From Phycisphaerae bacterium (GTDB lineage: Bacteria > Planctomycetota > Phycisphaerae > UBA1845), in contig CAXXGO010000006.1 of assembly GCA_963666835.2 (NCBI GenBank), positions 320,001 to 384,000 on the forward strand: 64,000 nt of DNA. The letters are read 5' to 3'. Below, piece after piece: positions 20,016 to 29,667 of the stretch. Positions within the stretch are counted from its first letter, which is position 1; each line of letters opens with the position of its first letter. The notes under the pieces are model-generated. The model worked only from the letters and a program-made list of their open reading frames with translations, did no database searches and was not told where the DNA came from. Made by a program: the position numbers and the translations under genes.

Positions 20016-20876
20016 ATGCTGGTCGAGCTGGCCATAGGTGATGCATACGGTGCTGGGTTTGAGTATGTGGACGCAAGGGTAGTACGGTCGTGCAACGATC
20101 TGACTCGGTACGTCGCACATCCGCGGCATCGCCGCAAACCCGGGACCTATACCGATGACACACAGATGAGCTTGGCGCTGGCGGAGCTGATCGTGTCCGG
20201 GGACGCGTGGACGCGCGAGAACATCGCGGAGAGGTTCGTGGACGTGTTCAAGCGGGACCCGAGAGACGGGTACGCCGGCAGGTTCTACAAGTTCCTGAAG
20301 CATGTGACGGACGGGAGCCAGTTTCTGGCCGAGATTAGGCCCAACAGCGACAAGAGCGGAGGAGCCATGCGGGCCGCGCCGGTAGGCGTGTACGCGCATG
20401 TGGATGAAGTCATTGACAGGAGTTCTCTGCAGGCAAGCATTACTCACGATACGCGTGATGGTCGCAACGCAGCAGTGGCGGCGGCGTTGATGGCACACTA
20501 CTTCATCCACGATCTTGGCCCGAAGGCTGGGTTGGGGGCGTTTGTCAAGCGGCACGTGCCGGGCCAATGGGATGAACCCTGGCGAGGCCGCGTCGGCTCG
20601 AAAGGCTGGATGAGCGTGCGGGCAGCGATAACGGCCGTGTCGCAGGCAGAGTGCATGAGCAAACTTCTTAGACGCTGCGTCTCCTTCACGGGTGATACGG
20701 ATACGGTGGCCGCGATCGCACTCGCGGCCGGCGCGTGTTGCACCGAAATCGCCCAGGATCTTCCGAATCATCTGTATTCGAAGCTCGAGAAAGGCAAGTA
20801 CGGGCGGGAGTATCTGGTAGACCTGGACAAGCGCCTGCTGGCTAAACGAAGGCGGAAGAAGGTGTCACCCGACTAG
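20016..20876 (+). CDS. ADP-ribosylglycohydrolase (DraG/ARH family)
   Basis: AIGDAYG, YTDDTQM, GGAMRAAP, ITH, GDTDTVAAIA; GGAG RBS. Confidence 0.92.
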   Translation: MLVELAIGDAYGAGFEYVDARVVRSCNDLTRYVAHPRHRRKPGTYTDDTQMSLALAELIVSGDAWTRENIAERFVDVFKRDPRDGYAGRFYKFLKHVTDGSQFLAEIRPNSDKSGGAMRAAPVGVYAHVDEVIDRSSLQASITHDTRDGRNAAVAAALMAHYFIHDLGPKAGLGAFVKRHVPGQWDEPWRGRVGSKGWMSVRAAITAVSQAECMSKLLRRCVSFTGDTDTVAAIALAAGACCTEIAQDLPNHLYSKLEKGKYGREYLVDLDKRLLAKRRRKKVSPD

Positions 20877-21039
20877 GGCCGACGCCGAGGGGGGCGGTGC
20901 GGAAGGGGCCGCCCCGGACAGCTCCCGAGCCGGAGGCCGAGGATCACCTCAACCTATGAAATCCTTCCACAGATTCGGCGGAAGAACCTTTAATCTAAGC
21001 CTCGTACGCCACGTTTCATAGTCCGGTAACGTCAGGGCG

Positions 21040-21155
21040 AGCATCTGCCGGGCGCCGTCCTCGGCATGCTCCGCGCGCAGTCGAAGTCCTATGTGCCAGG
21101 TCGGTGGCATGAGGTAGTAGCCCACAACTCCGCCAAAAAAGACTCCCGACCCCCT
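21040..21155 (-). pseudogene. Degenerate RAYT HUH-core fragment beside a GGGGTCGGGAGTCTTTTT motif
   Basis: VVGYYLMPPTWHIGLR resembles AYVIMPEHVHVLL of the intact RAYT. Confidence 0.4.
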
Positions 21156-21288
21156 TCTTCTTCCCCCTTCTTCCCTCGACTTTTCCCTTCCCTGGACGCG
21201 GGGTTTTTGTTGCTTTAGAGTTGGAGACGAGACTCCGGCGCAGTTGAGGAGCAACGGCCCGGCACCGGGGCGATAAGAGGGTCAGCCA

Positions 21289-21993
21289 ATGACGTCGCAA
21301 CAACGCAACGCGGTTATCCTCCTTTCAGGCGGTTTGGACTCGGCCACCGTTGCGGCGATCGCCCGCGAACAAGGGTTCGCACTCTACGCCCTGTCGTTTC
21401 AGTACGGGCAGCGGCATGCCCTGGAGATGGAGGCGGCCACGCGAGTCGCACAGGCCAACGCGGTCGCCCGGCACGCGGTGCAGACCATCGATCTACGCGC
21501 TTTCGGCGGCTCCGCGTTGACGGATTCCATCGCGGTACCGAAGTCCTCCGACCTCTCCGGAATCGGCAGCGGAATCCCGGTCACCTACGTGCCGGCCCGC
21601 AATACGATCTTCCTGTCGTTCGCCCTCGCCTACGCCGAGACCGTCGGCGCCCGGGATATCTTTATCGGGGTCAACGCCGTAGACTACTCCGGCTATCCCG
21701 ACTGCCGCCCGGAGTTCATCGCCGCGTTCCAGCGCGTCGCTCAACTGGCCACCAAGGCCGGCGCCGAAGGAACCGAGTTCGTGATCCACGCTCCCCTGGT
21801 CGCGATGAGCAAAGCCGAGATCATCCGCGAGGGAATGCGGCTAGGGGTAGATTACGGTCTGACGCATAGCTGCTACGACCCCACGGCAGACGGACTGGCG
21901 TGCGGTCATTGCGATAGCTGCCTGCTCCGTAAGGAGGGGTTCCGCCAAGCCGGAGCGACCGATCCCGTACCATACGCATCAGAAAACCTCTGA
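21289..21993 (+). CDS. queC: 7-cyano-7-deazaguanine synthase
   Basis: [36 protein letters not shown]...CGHCDSC. Confidence 0.97.
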   Translation: MTSQQRNAVILLSGGLDSATVAAIAREQGFALYALSFQYGQRHALEMEAATRVAQANAVARHAVQTIDLRAFGGSALTDSIAVPKSSDLSGIGSGIPVTYVPARNTIFLSFALAYAETVGARDIFIGVNAVDYSGYPDCRPEFIAAFQRVAQLATKAGAEGTEFVIHAPLVAMSKAEIIREGMRLGVDYGLTHSCYDPTADGLACGHCDSCLLRKEGFRQAGATDPVPYASENL

Positions 21994-22226
21994 CACCGCC
22001 CCGCGAAGGACCGTTCAACTTCGCGCTGCCGCTTCGCGGCCACTTGCGCCCGATAATCGCATTCACCACTCCAACCGGCCGCCGGGCGGGCTCTCTGAAA
22101 GAGCGTCGCGGGCGATCGGTGTTTATCGGCAGTTCACAGATCCCGCGCAGGGCAAGTCGAGGCTCCCGATGATCGATAAAACCAGACGGAGAACCGCAAG
22201 CTGCTGTGTTCCCGGAGGTTTACCCG

Positions 22227-22598
22227 ATGGACGCCACTGAAATCTGCCCGCTCACGCGGGAGGCCGTTGCCGAGGTACTGTCGGCTCAGGTTCGCGATGA
22301 GACTCCGTCGCCGGAGACCGGCCAGCGGAAGACACCGCGCTGGCCATTCCCCGGAACCGTGCAGATGTGGCTAACCGACGAGCACGGTGACGAGCAGCAC
22401 CTGTTTGCCACCTGCCTCAACCTCAGTCTCAACGGCCTGGGAATGCTCTGCGAGGAGCCCTTATCCCCAGGCCAGGAGTTGCCGATCGCCATTCACCAGC
22501 CGCTTGCCAGCTTGCAGGGTCGGGCGATCGTACGGCATTGCACCGCCAACGACGCCGGCTACTACATCGGGATGGAGTTCATCTTCGAAGACGCTTGA
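22227..22598 (+). CDS. PilZ domain protein
   Basis: QRKTPR (RxxxR), NLSLNG, IGMEF; GGAGG RBS. Confidence 0.85.
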   Translation: MDATEICPLTREAVAEVLSAQVRDETPSPETGQRKTPRWPFPGTVQMWLTDEHGDEQHLFATCLNLSLNGLGMLCEEPLSPGQELPIAIHQPLASLQGRAIVRHCTANDAGYYIGMEFIFEDA

Positions 22599-22709
22599 TT
22601 CCAAGCAACGCCCGTAACGCAGGCTTCCAGCCTGCCCCTCGGGGAAACGGTACCGATGCTTTCTCAGACGTGAACATTCCGGCTCAGTCCATACCGCGCC
22701 CCGCCCCAG

Positions 22710-22733
22710 CACTGCTCGAGAGCAGTGGCACAC
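22710..22733 (-). repeat. REP family A
   Basis: cactgctcgagagcagtggcacac. Confidence 0.85.
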
Positions 22734-22799
22734 TCACCGGCCTCCACTCGCCACGCATTGACGTTGCATTATCCGCCCAATTCCGTTAGATAGTCACGT

Positions 22800-23141
22800 A
22801 TGATGACTGTCGCAACGCCGAAGGTGCAAGTTGCCGAAGTAGCTCCGAACCGGGCACCGCGGCCCAAACGGCAGCCGCCGTATCATGTCATCCTGCTGGA
22901 CGACGACGACCACACTTATGACTACGTGATCGGCATGCTGCGTAAGTTGTTCGGGCACACGGCCGAGCATGCGTTCAAGCTGGCCGAGACCGTGGACCAA
23001 ACCGGCCGGGCCATCGTCGACACCACGACGTTCGAGCGCGCGGAATTCAAGCGCGATCAGATCCACGCCTTCGGGCGCGACTGGCGTATCGCCGACTGCG
23101 CCGGCAGCATGTCCTGCAGCTTGGAGCCGGCGGAGGAGTAA
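22800..23141 (+). CDS. clpS: Clp protease adaptor
   Basis: PPYHVILLDDDDHTYDYV...GRAIV...AEFK. Confidence 0.88.
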   Translation: MMTVATPKVQVAEVAPNRAPRPKRQPPYHVILLDDDDHTYDYVIGMLRKLFGHTAEHAFKLAETVDQTGRAIVDTTTFERAEFKRDQIHAFGRDWRIADCAGSMSCSLEPAEE

Positions 23142-23451
23142 TCTCCGCCGTTGCGGGCATGGGTTTCCGCAGACCAGGGCATGATCTCTGCTCGCTGGAC
23201 GAACCATTGACCGGCCGCTTACTTGCCGTGGCCCCCGGCGACATTCCGGCCGGCTCGATCAGGCCCCCGCCATCCCGTCCTGTAACCCAGCGGCACGCGA
23301 TCGCTCCCCCGCGCCCTGCAAATGACCTTTGCACCCCAGTTGTACCACCGGCTGACCGTTGTAGAATTGCCCCATCCTCGGGGGCAGCGCCTTCGTGGGG
23401 ATCGTGGGCGGCGGCATCGTAAACAGTGGCCGCACAAGTGCTTACCAACGC

Positions 23452-23535
23452 GCCGGAGTGGCGGAATTGGCAGACGCGCGGGATTCAAAATCCCGTTCTG
23501 GCAACAGAGTGAGGGTTCGAGTCCCTCCTCCGGCA
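23452..23535 (+). tRNA. tRNA-Leu(CAA)
   Basis: GCCGGAG/CTCCGGC acceptor stem, CGGGA-TTCAAAA-TCCCG anticodon arm, long variable arm, TTCGAGT T-loop. Confidence 0.96.
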
Positions 23536-23764
23536 GTTAACTACGCGGTTTCATCCGACCAGCGTGGCCCGTGGCAAGGGTCGGCGCAGAACCATTCCAA
23601 CGGTTGGAGGCCAGTCCGGCCTGATCGGGGAATCGCTGTGCGCATCGGCGAGTTCACTCGCATGGTGGAAAGAGACACTCACAAGTGCCGTCCGGGATGT
23701 CGATCCGGCCTGCTTATCCAACCGCCGGATTCCTGTTGAGGTGGCGGGGGTGGTAGAACGATCG

Positions 23765-25372
23765 ATGGAGCTTACCGCGGAACAACCGGCAAGGCCGGCG
23801 CGATGGAGCGTGTATCTCGTGCGCTGCGGGAACGGGGCTCTTTATACCGGGATTGCGACGGATGTGGCGCGCCGGTTGAACGAGCATCGAAACGGATGCG
23901 GTAAGGGCGCCAAGTACCTGCGCGGCAAGGGGCCGTTGCACGTGGCCTTAGAGAAGGAGATTGGTGACAAGGGTCTGGCCCTCAGCGTGGAGAACCGCAT
24001 CAAGAAACTCTCGAAGCCACGCAAAGAGGCTCTGTTAGAACAGCGCGATCTGATAGATGACATCATCGCCCGGGCCAAGGAGGATTCCGCCCGGGCACGG
24101 CAGTTGCCGAGGAACTCTACCCGGTCGAACGCCGGCCTGACCGAAACGCTGAGCCTGCGCGAGGCTCGTCGGCTGGCGTTAGCCCGGGCGGGACTGCTGA
24201 AACGGGAGTGGGCCGGGTTCCCCCAGCGGGCGACCGGGCGGGGGAAACGTGCCCGAGACGCGGCCGCGGAGGTCATTCGGCGTTTCGGGTACCTTCAACT
24301 CGATACGGTTTCAATTGCCGGGGCACGGAGTCACACAATAGTGCTGATGTCGAGGCTGGATGGGTTCGATCCGGTTCTCGGGGAGGAACTCCTCCAACCG
24401 GGGGCAAAGCTCTTCGAGTATTGGGGGCATGAGGCAAGTTGGATTCCCCTGGAGCTGTACCCCGCCTTCGCGTTTCGCCGACGCGAGTTCCGGCGGCACC
24501 CGTGGTGGGGCGACATTGTAAGCGAGCATCCTAAGATCGCGCGGAAACTCCGCCGCCGCATCCGCGAGGAAGGTCCCCTCCGTTCGGTCGACATGGAGGG
24601 GTGCGGGAGTCGCGGCTGGTGGGATCTGAAAACCACTAAACGCATCGCGACCGCCCTGTGGTCCAGCGGGGAACTGGCCATCCGCGAGCGGAAGAACTTC
24701 CAACGAACCTACGACCTGACCGAGCGAGTTATCCCCGATGATGTGCGCGGCGAGTCACTCTCCACGCGGAATGGCCTCGAGGTGCTGCTGCTCAAAGCAC
24801 TCGATGGACACGGGTGGGCTACAACGGCGACCCTGGCGGCCACTTGGCGATTGCGAAACCGCAAGGAGGAGATCACGGCCGCGTTACGGCGCTTGGTCGA
24901 GAAGGGCCGGGTCATAGGCTGCGGGCTGGAGAACCACGGCGGACGCCCGACTCCGGGGTGGATTCGCCCGGAGGATCGAGAGCTGGCCGCGCGGCTGGAG
25001 ACCGTTCGCCCCCGGAGCGATCGCGGCGTGGTCTTGTCCCCGTTCGATCCCGTGCTGTGGGATCGAGCCCGCGTCCAGCGTCTCTTCGGCTTTGAACAAG
25101 TCCTCGAGGTGTTTAAGCCCGCGAAGCAGAGGGTTTACGGCTACTACTGCATGCCGGTCCTGGCCGGCGAACGACTGGCGGCCCGCTTCGACTTCAAAGC
25201 CGACCGCAAGAAAGGGACGTTGCAGGTCCTGTCGTGCCACTTCGAAGGCACTGACTCCGCCCGCCCGGCCACAACCGCGGACGGCGAAGCGGCCCGCACA
25301 GCATTACATCGCTACGCCGACGCCCTCGAGTTGAAACCGACGTGCGTACCTCCGCTCGTAAGCGGCGCATAA
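23765..25372 (+). CDS. GIY-YIG nuclease (YhbQ-like) fused to YcaQ/AlkZ-family DNA glycosylase
   Basis: VYLVRC.NGALYTGIATDVARRLNEH..GAKYLRG; then LQLDTVS, LFEYWGHEAS, LSPFDPVLWDR, RVYGYY in one frame. Confidence 0.85.
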   Translation: MELTAEQPARPARWSVYLVRCGNGALYTGIATDVARRLNEHRNGCGKGAKYLRGKGPLHVALEKEIGDKGLALSVENRIKKLSKPRKEALLEQRDLIDDIIARAKEDSARARQLPRNSTRSNAGLTETLSLREARRLALARAGLLKREWAGFPQRATGRGKRARDAAAEVIRRFGYLQLDTVSIAGARSHTIVLMSRLDGFDPVLGEELLQPGAKLFEYWGHEASWIPLELYPAFAFRRREFRRHPWWGDIVSEHPKIARKLRRRIREEGPLRSVDMEGCGSRGWWDLKTTKRIATALWSSGELAIRERKNFQRTYDLTERVIPDDVRGESLSTRNGLEVLLLKALDGHGWATTATLAATWRLRNRKEEITAALRRLVEKGRVIGCGLENHGGRPTPGWIRPEDRELAARLETVRPRSDRGVVLSPFDPVLWDRARVQRLFGFEQVLEVFKPAKQRVYGYYCMPVLAGERLAARFDFKADRKKGTLQVLSCHFEGTDSARPATTADGEAARTALHRYADALELKPTCVPPLVSGA

Positions 25373-25419
25373 GCGGCATGCGTCTCCCGCAATTCTTGAC
25401 CGGTGTGCGAGCGGTGGAC

Positions 25420-25633
25420 GTGTCCCCCTGCTATCGAGCAATGCGAGAACCGTGTACGTGTGCCACTGCTCTCGAGCAGTGCTCGTGCCGTCGCCAGAGC
25501 CGTCGCTCAGCGCGATCCCCCATGGCATCCCGTTGCGCCGTCGAGAATACTGCCGCGCCACAAACCACGACGTGTGCCACTGCTCTTGAGCAATGCGAGA
25601 GCCGTGTACGTGTGCCACTGCTCTTGAGCAGTG
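25420..25633 (+). repeat. Cluster of family A REPs (3 good, 1 degenerate) upstream of the RAYT
   Basis: Copies at 25420 (degenerate), 25458, 25572, 25610. Confidence 0.9.
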
Positions 25634-25647
25634 TTATAGTACCGGCA

Positions 25648-26202
25648 ATGAGGACCTGCTATCGAAAGACCCGCGGAAACTGGAATGAATCGGGGCACGC
25701 TCACTTCCTCACATACTCGTGCCACCGTCGGCTCCCTCTGTTGTCCCGCGATCGCGTTCGACAATGGGTTGTCGACGCGCTCGAGCGTACGCGAAAGGAA
25801 CTCAACGTCGCCCTCTGGGCGTACGTAATCATGCCGGAACACGTGCACGTGCTCCTGCATCCCCGCGCACCTCAATATGAGATGCGGCGGATTCTCGTGA
25901 CGCTCAAACAACCAGTGGCCAAGGCGGCTCGCAAGTGGCTCGAAGAGAATAACCACACCAATTGGCTGCGGACCCTGACCGTGGTTTACCCCTCGCGTAC
26001 GGCCTTCCGGTTCTGGCAGCCGGGCGGTGGATTCGATCACAACGTTTTTCGGGAAAGGACCGTGTCGGCCGTAGTCGATTACATTCACGCCAACCCGGTT
26101 CGCCGTGATCTCGTGGATGAGCCGACCCAGTGGGAATGGTCGAGCGCACGCTTCTGGGATGGAAGCTCGAACGTACGTCTACAAATGGACGACCCGTTCT
26201 GA
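25648..26202 (+). CDS. REP-associated tyrosine transposase (RAYT, Y1 HUH family)
   Basis: HFLTYSC, AYVIMPEHVHVLL (HUH), FWQ.GGGFDHN, YIHANPVR, WEWSSA; flanked by inverted REPs. Confidence 0.92.
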   Translation: MRTCYRKTRGNWNESGHAHFLTYSCHRRLPLLSRDRVRQWVVDALERTRKELNVALWAYVIMPEHVHVLLHPRAPQYEMRRILVTLKQPVAKAARKWLEENNHTNWLRTLTVVYPSRTAFRFWQPGGGFDHNVFRERTVSAVVDYIHANPVRRDLVDEPTQWEWSSARFWDGSSNVRLQMDDPF

Positions 26203-26211
26203 TTGGAGAAG

Positions 26212-26235
26212 CACTGCTCAAGAGCAGTGGCACAC
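26212..26235 (-). repeat. REP family A downstream of the RAYT
   Basis: cactgctcaagagcagtggcacac, 9 nt after the stop codon. Confidence 0.9.
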
Positions 26236-26527
26236 GTTGGGGGCCCGCGGCGGCCCCCCACTATCCTGACCATCGTTCACCCGCGCGGTGCGACGACTGT
26301 CGAGATCCACGGTGCTACAGCGCTCCCGGGACAGTTATCGGACGACGCTTCCCAGCTTGAGCAAGCCTGGAAAGGGGGTAATGGAACCCTGCAATGGGGT
26401 AAGATCGGGTTGATCTTACCCCGTTTAGGCGTATCTTACCGCGTTTGGAGGTTCTCTGCGCCGATCTGCCCGTAATCTACCTTGGGTTTCGGCGCGGGGG
26501 CAGGATCTCGGGGAGGCGAGTACAGAC

Positions 26528-27580
26528 GTGCGATCACTCACAACTGAGTTCCTTGGACGGCTCACCCTCACAGTCGAGCAGGCCTCGACGTTGAACCGCA
26601 TCGGTGAGTACCGGGGCAGGCAAGACCTGTTCGCGCGGCAGACGCCGGAAACCCTGGAATCGCTCCAGCAGGTGGCGGTCATCGAATCGAGTGAATCGTC
26701 AAACCGTATAGAAGGCGTGACCGCCCCGCACGACCGCATCAAAGCCCTGGTCCTCAAGTCCACCACGCCGAAGGACCGATCCGAGCAGGAAATCGCCGGC
26801 TACCGCGACGTCCTCGCGCTCATCCACGAGTCAGCTCGGCACATGCCGCTTACGGTCAACGTCATCCTGCAACTGCACAAGACGCTCTGCCGCTACATGC
26901 CCAACGAGGGAGGGCGATGGAAAGCGACCTCCAACGACATCGTGGAGAGAAACGCAGACGGCTCAATCAAGCGCGTCTGCTTCAAGCCGCTCAGCCCGGT
27001 GGCCACGCCACCGGCGATGGAGGCCCTCGCCATCGCGTACAAAGATGCGATCGAAGGGCAGCGCAAGGAACCGTTGGTCATCGTCCCTCTGGCGATCCTC
27101 GACTTCCTCTGCATCCACCCGTTCAGCGACGGTAACGGGCGCGTCTCCAGGTTGTTGACGCTCCTGTTGCTGTGCCGTTTCGACTATCAGGTGGGGCGTT
27201 ACATCAGCATGGAGCGCATCTTCGAGGAATCGAAGGAAACCTATTACGAGACTCTCGAACGCAGCTCCGCAGGATGGCACGACGGTGAACACGACCCGGC
27301 CCCGTGGCTGGACTACTTCTGGGGGGTGATGCTCCGCGCGTACCGCGAATTCGAGGATCGCGTCGGCACCATCGGGCTGGGTAAGGGATCAAAGACCGAA
27401 CAAGTCCGGCAAATCGTCAGCCGCCGGATCGGCCCCTTCTCCATCTCGGACATCGAGGCCGACTGCATCGGCGTAAGCCGCGATATGATTCGCATCGTGC
27501 TGAGGCAGTTGCGAGACGAGGGAGTCATCGTGCTGCAAGGGAAGGGGCGGGGGGCGAAGTGGATACGAAAAGAAGAATAG
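26528..27580 (+). CDS. Fic family protein with N-terminal inhibitory motif and C-terminal wHTH
   Basis: HPFSDGNGRVSR; SSNRIEG; C-terminal LRDEGVI..GKGRGAKW. Confidence 0.93.
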   Translation: MRSLTTEFLGRLTLTVEQASTLNRIGEYRGRQDLFARQTPETLESLQQVAVIESSESSNRIEGVTAPHDRIKALVLKSTTPKDRSEQEIAGYRDVLALIHESARHMPLTVNVILQLHKTLCRYMPNEGGRWKATSNDIVERNADGSIKRVCFKPLSPVATPPAMEALAIAYKDAIEGQRKEPLVIVPLAILDFLCIHPFSDGNGRVSRLLTLLLLCRFDYQVGRYISMERIFEESKETYYETLERSSAGWHDGEHDPAPWLDYFWGVMLRAYREFEDRVGTIGLGKGSKTEQVRQIVSRRIGPFSISDIEADCIGVSRDMIRIVLRQLRDEGVIVLQGKGRGAKWIRKEE

Positions 27581-27750
27581 CAGAGAAGCCTGACGCCGAA
27601 ACCTCCAGATCCATCAACGGTCTGTTGTGTTATGATGCGAACTGGCTTGAGCCCGCCAGGCTCGGATTGCTGGGGTCTCAGCGACCGACGCGCGGAACAA
27701 GGCTAGGACGGCGCTTGGAACGTCCCCAGACCAAGTGAAAGGCAGACCAC

Positions 27751-29481
27751 ATGCTCACGCGACTTGTACTCCGCAACTTCAAGCGTTTTGACCATGCCGA
27801 GATCGAACTCGGCAGGTCAGTTGTGTTCATCGGCCAGAACAACTCCGGCAAGACAAGTGCCCTGCAAGCGCTCGCTCTGTGGGATGTGGGCCTTCGTCTC
27901 TGGAGCGAGAAGCGCGGGGTGAAAGGATCGCACGAGAAGCACCGCGGCGTTACGATCAACCGGCGCGATCTTATTGCAATCCCCACGCCGGCTACGAATC
28001 TGCTCTGGCGCGGTACGGACGTTCGCAAGTCGCAGATGGTCGACGGAAAGCAGCAACCGCGGAACATCCGGATCGACGTAACCGTTGAAGGAATCACGAA
28101 CGACAAACCATGGTCCTGCGGTCTGGAGTTTGATTACAGCAACGAAGAGTCGTTCGTTTGCCGCCCCCTTCGTCTGCCGGAGTACGAAGACGCCCTCGTC
28201 CGCAAGGCCCAGTTCTCGGAAATCCCAAATGAGGCGACGGCCCTGAAGATCGCCTACCTGCCTCCCATGTCGGGACTGGCTGACCGGGAGTTCATCAAGC
28301 AGCAGGGTGAGATAGGTTTCCTGATTGGGCAAGGGCAGACGGCCCAGATTCTTCGGAATCTTTGCCATCAGTTATTCCAGAAAGAGGACGCGGCGGCATG
28401 GTGGAACGTAACGGAACAGATTGAGTCGTTGTTTGGTGCAAGACTGCTCGATCCGGAGTATATCCCCGAGCGAAGCGAAATAGTCATGAGGTACGAAGAG
28501 GGAGGCGCTTGCCTCGATCTCTCTAGCGCTGGTCGCGGTTTGCAGCAGACGCTTCTCCTGCTCGCCTACCTGTACGCCAATCCAAACACCGTACTCTTGT
28601 TGGACGAGCCGGATGCTCACCTGGAGACCCTGCGACAGCGCGAGACCTTCAGACTGCTTTCTTCGATCTCCAACCGGCAGAACTCGCAGATCATCTCGGC
28701 CAGCCATTCCGAGGTGGTGCTCAATGAAGCAGCGGGTAGCGGCAAGGTCGTTGCCTTCGTCGGGAAACCTCACGTGCTGAACGACAAAGGCAGTCAAGTT
28801 CTCAAAGCCCTCAATAGCATCGGATGGGACCAATACTTCCAGGCCGAAGCAACCGGGTGGGTGTTGTACCTCGAAGGGTCGAGCGATCTCGCGGTTCTGC
28901 AGGCGTTTGCCGAAACCCTCGAGCACCCGGCCGCGTCGCATCTGGTGAGGCCCTTCGTACACTATGTGTCGACGAATCTCCCACAGAAGGCTCGCGACCA
29001 CTTCTTCGGCCTCCGAGAGGCGTTGCCCGATCTAAACGGCATCGCCATCTTCGATCGTCTGGATAAGAACCTCGATGCGAGCAGCGACTTGACAGAACTT
29101 ATGTGGAGTCGTCGTGAGATCGAGAACTACTTCTGCACTGAGGAGGTGTTACTCTCCTGGGTGCGGCACGATCAGCCGGACGACCTCTTCGGCCAAGAGG
29201 AGTCCAGGAAGCGCGAATCATTGATGTATGAAGCCATCGACGAGGTAACGCACCTGCTCGAAATCGATGATCAGAATCCGTGGTCGCATGACGTGAAGGC
29301 AACGGATGACGTGCTCGACCGCGTGTTTCGCGTGTTCTTCAAGAAGCTGAAACTCCCTCTCACATTCCGAAAGTCGGATTACCATGTCTTAGCAAAACTC
29401 GCTCCCAGAGAAGACATCGATCCCGATATAACCGAGAAGCTGAATGCCATTGTCGAGGTAGCCGAGAGGGCGCGGGCGTAA
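27751..29481 (+). CDS. ABC/AAA ATPase + TOPRIM-like protein (OLD-family-like)
   Basis: NFKRF, GQNNSGKT, LSSAGRG, LLLDEPDAHL, SHS; C-terminal YLEGSSD, IFDRLD, REIENY. Confidence 0.8.
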   Translation: MLTRLVLRNFKRFDHAEIELGRSVVFIGQNNSGKTSALQALALWDVGLRLWSEKRGVKGSHEKHRGVTINRRDLIAIPTPATNLLWRGTDVRKSQMVDGKQQPRNIRIDVTVEGITNDKPWSCGLEFDYSNEESFVCRPLRLPEYEDALVRKAQFSEIPNEATALKIAYLPPMSGLADREFIKQQGEIGFLIGQGQTAQILRNLCHQLFQKEDAAAWWNVTEQIESLFGARLLDPEYIPERSEIVMRYEEGGACLDLSSAGRGLQQTLLLLAYLYANPNTVLLLDEPDAHLETLRQRETFRLLSSISNRQNSQIISASHSEVVLNEAAGSGKVVAFVGKPHVLNDKGSQVLKALNSIGWDQYFQAEATGWVLYLEGSSDLAVLQAFAETLEHPAASHLVRPFVHYVSTNLPQKARDHFFGLREALPDLNGIAIFDRLDKNLDASSDLTELMWSRREIENYFCTEEVLLSWVRHDQPDDLFGQEESRKRESLMYEAIDEVTHLLEIDDQNPWSHDVKATDDVLDRVFRVFFKKLKLPLTFRKSDYHVLAKLAPREDIDPDITEKLNAIVEVAERARA

Positions 29482-29513
29482 TGGAGTAACCGGTGCGCTC
29501 GCCAGTGTACTCC

Positions 29514-29595
29514 TGGGACGAAGGCGTCAGCGTGCCGCTGCGTCCGGACGATCCGGCCTGATTGGAGAAGCACTGCTCAAGAGCAGTGGCACACG
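29514..29595 (+). pseudogene. Second RAYT 3' end plus REP A
   Basis: WDEGVSVPLRPDDPA* aligns codon for codon with RAYT WDGSSNVRLQMDDPF*; 29558-29595 is identical to 26199-26236. Confidence 0.75.
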
Positions 29596-29667
29596 GCGGG
29601 CGGGCGCCAATCGATAGGCAGACCTTCCCCGCGGGGTGGGTCGACTCTAGCGAAACTTATCGGGCGG

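Noticed and set aside
21195..21288. preQ1 riboswitch upstream of queC
   Set aside because: No preQ1 stem-loop with an A-rich tail seen.
23452..25372. Prophage or ICE integrated at tRNA-Leu
   Set aside because: No integrase and no duplicated tRNA 3' end within the window.
25342..25647. N-terminal extension of the RAYT in the ORF track
   Set aside because: It is translated REP sequence; protein similarity begins after the ATG at 25648.
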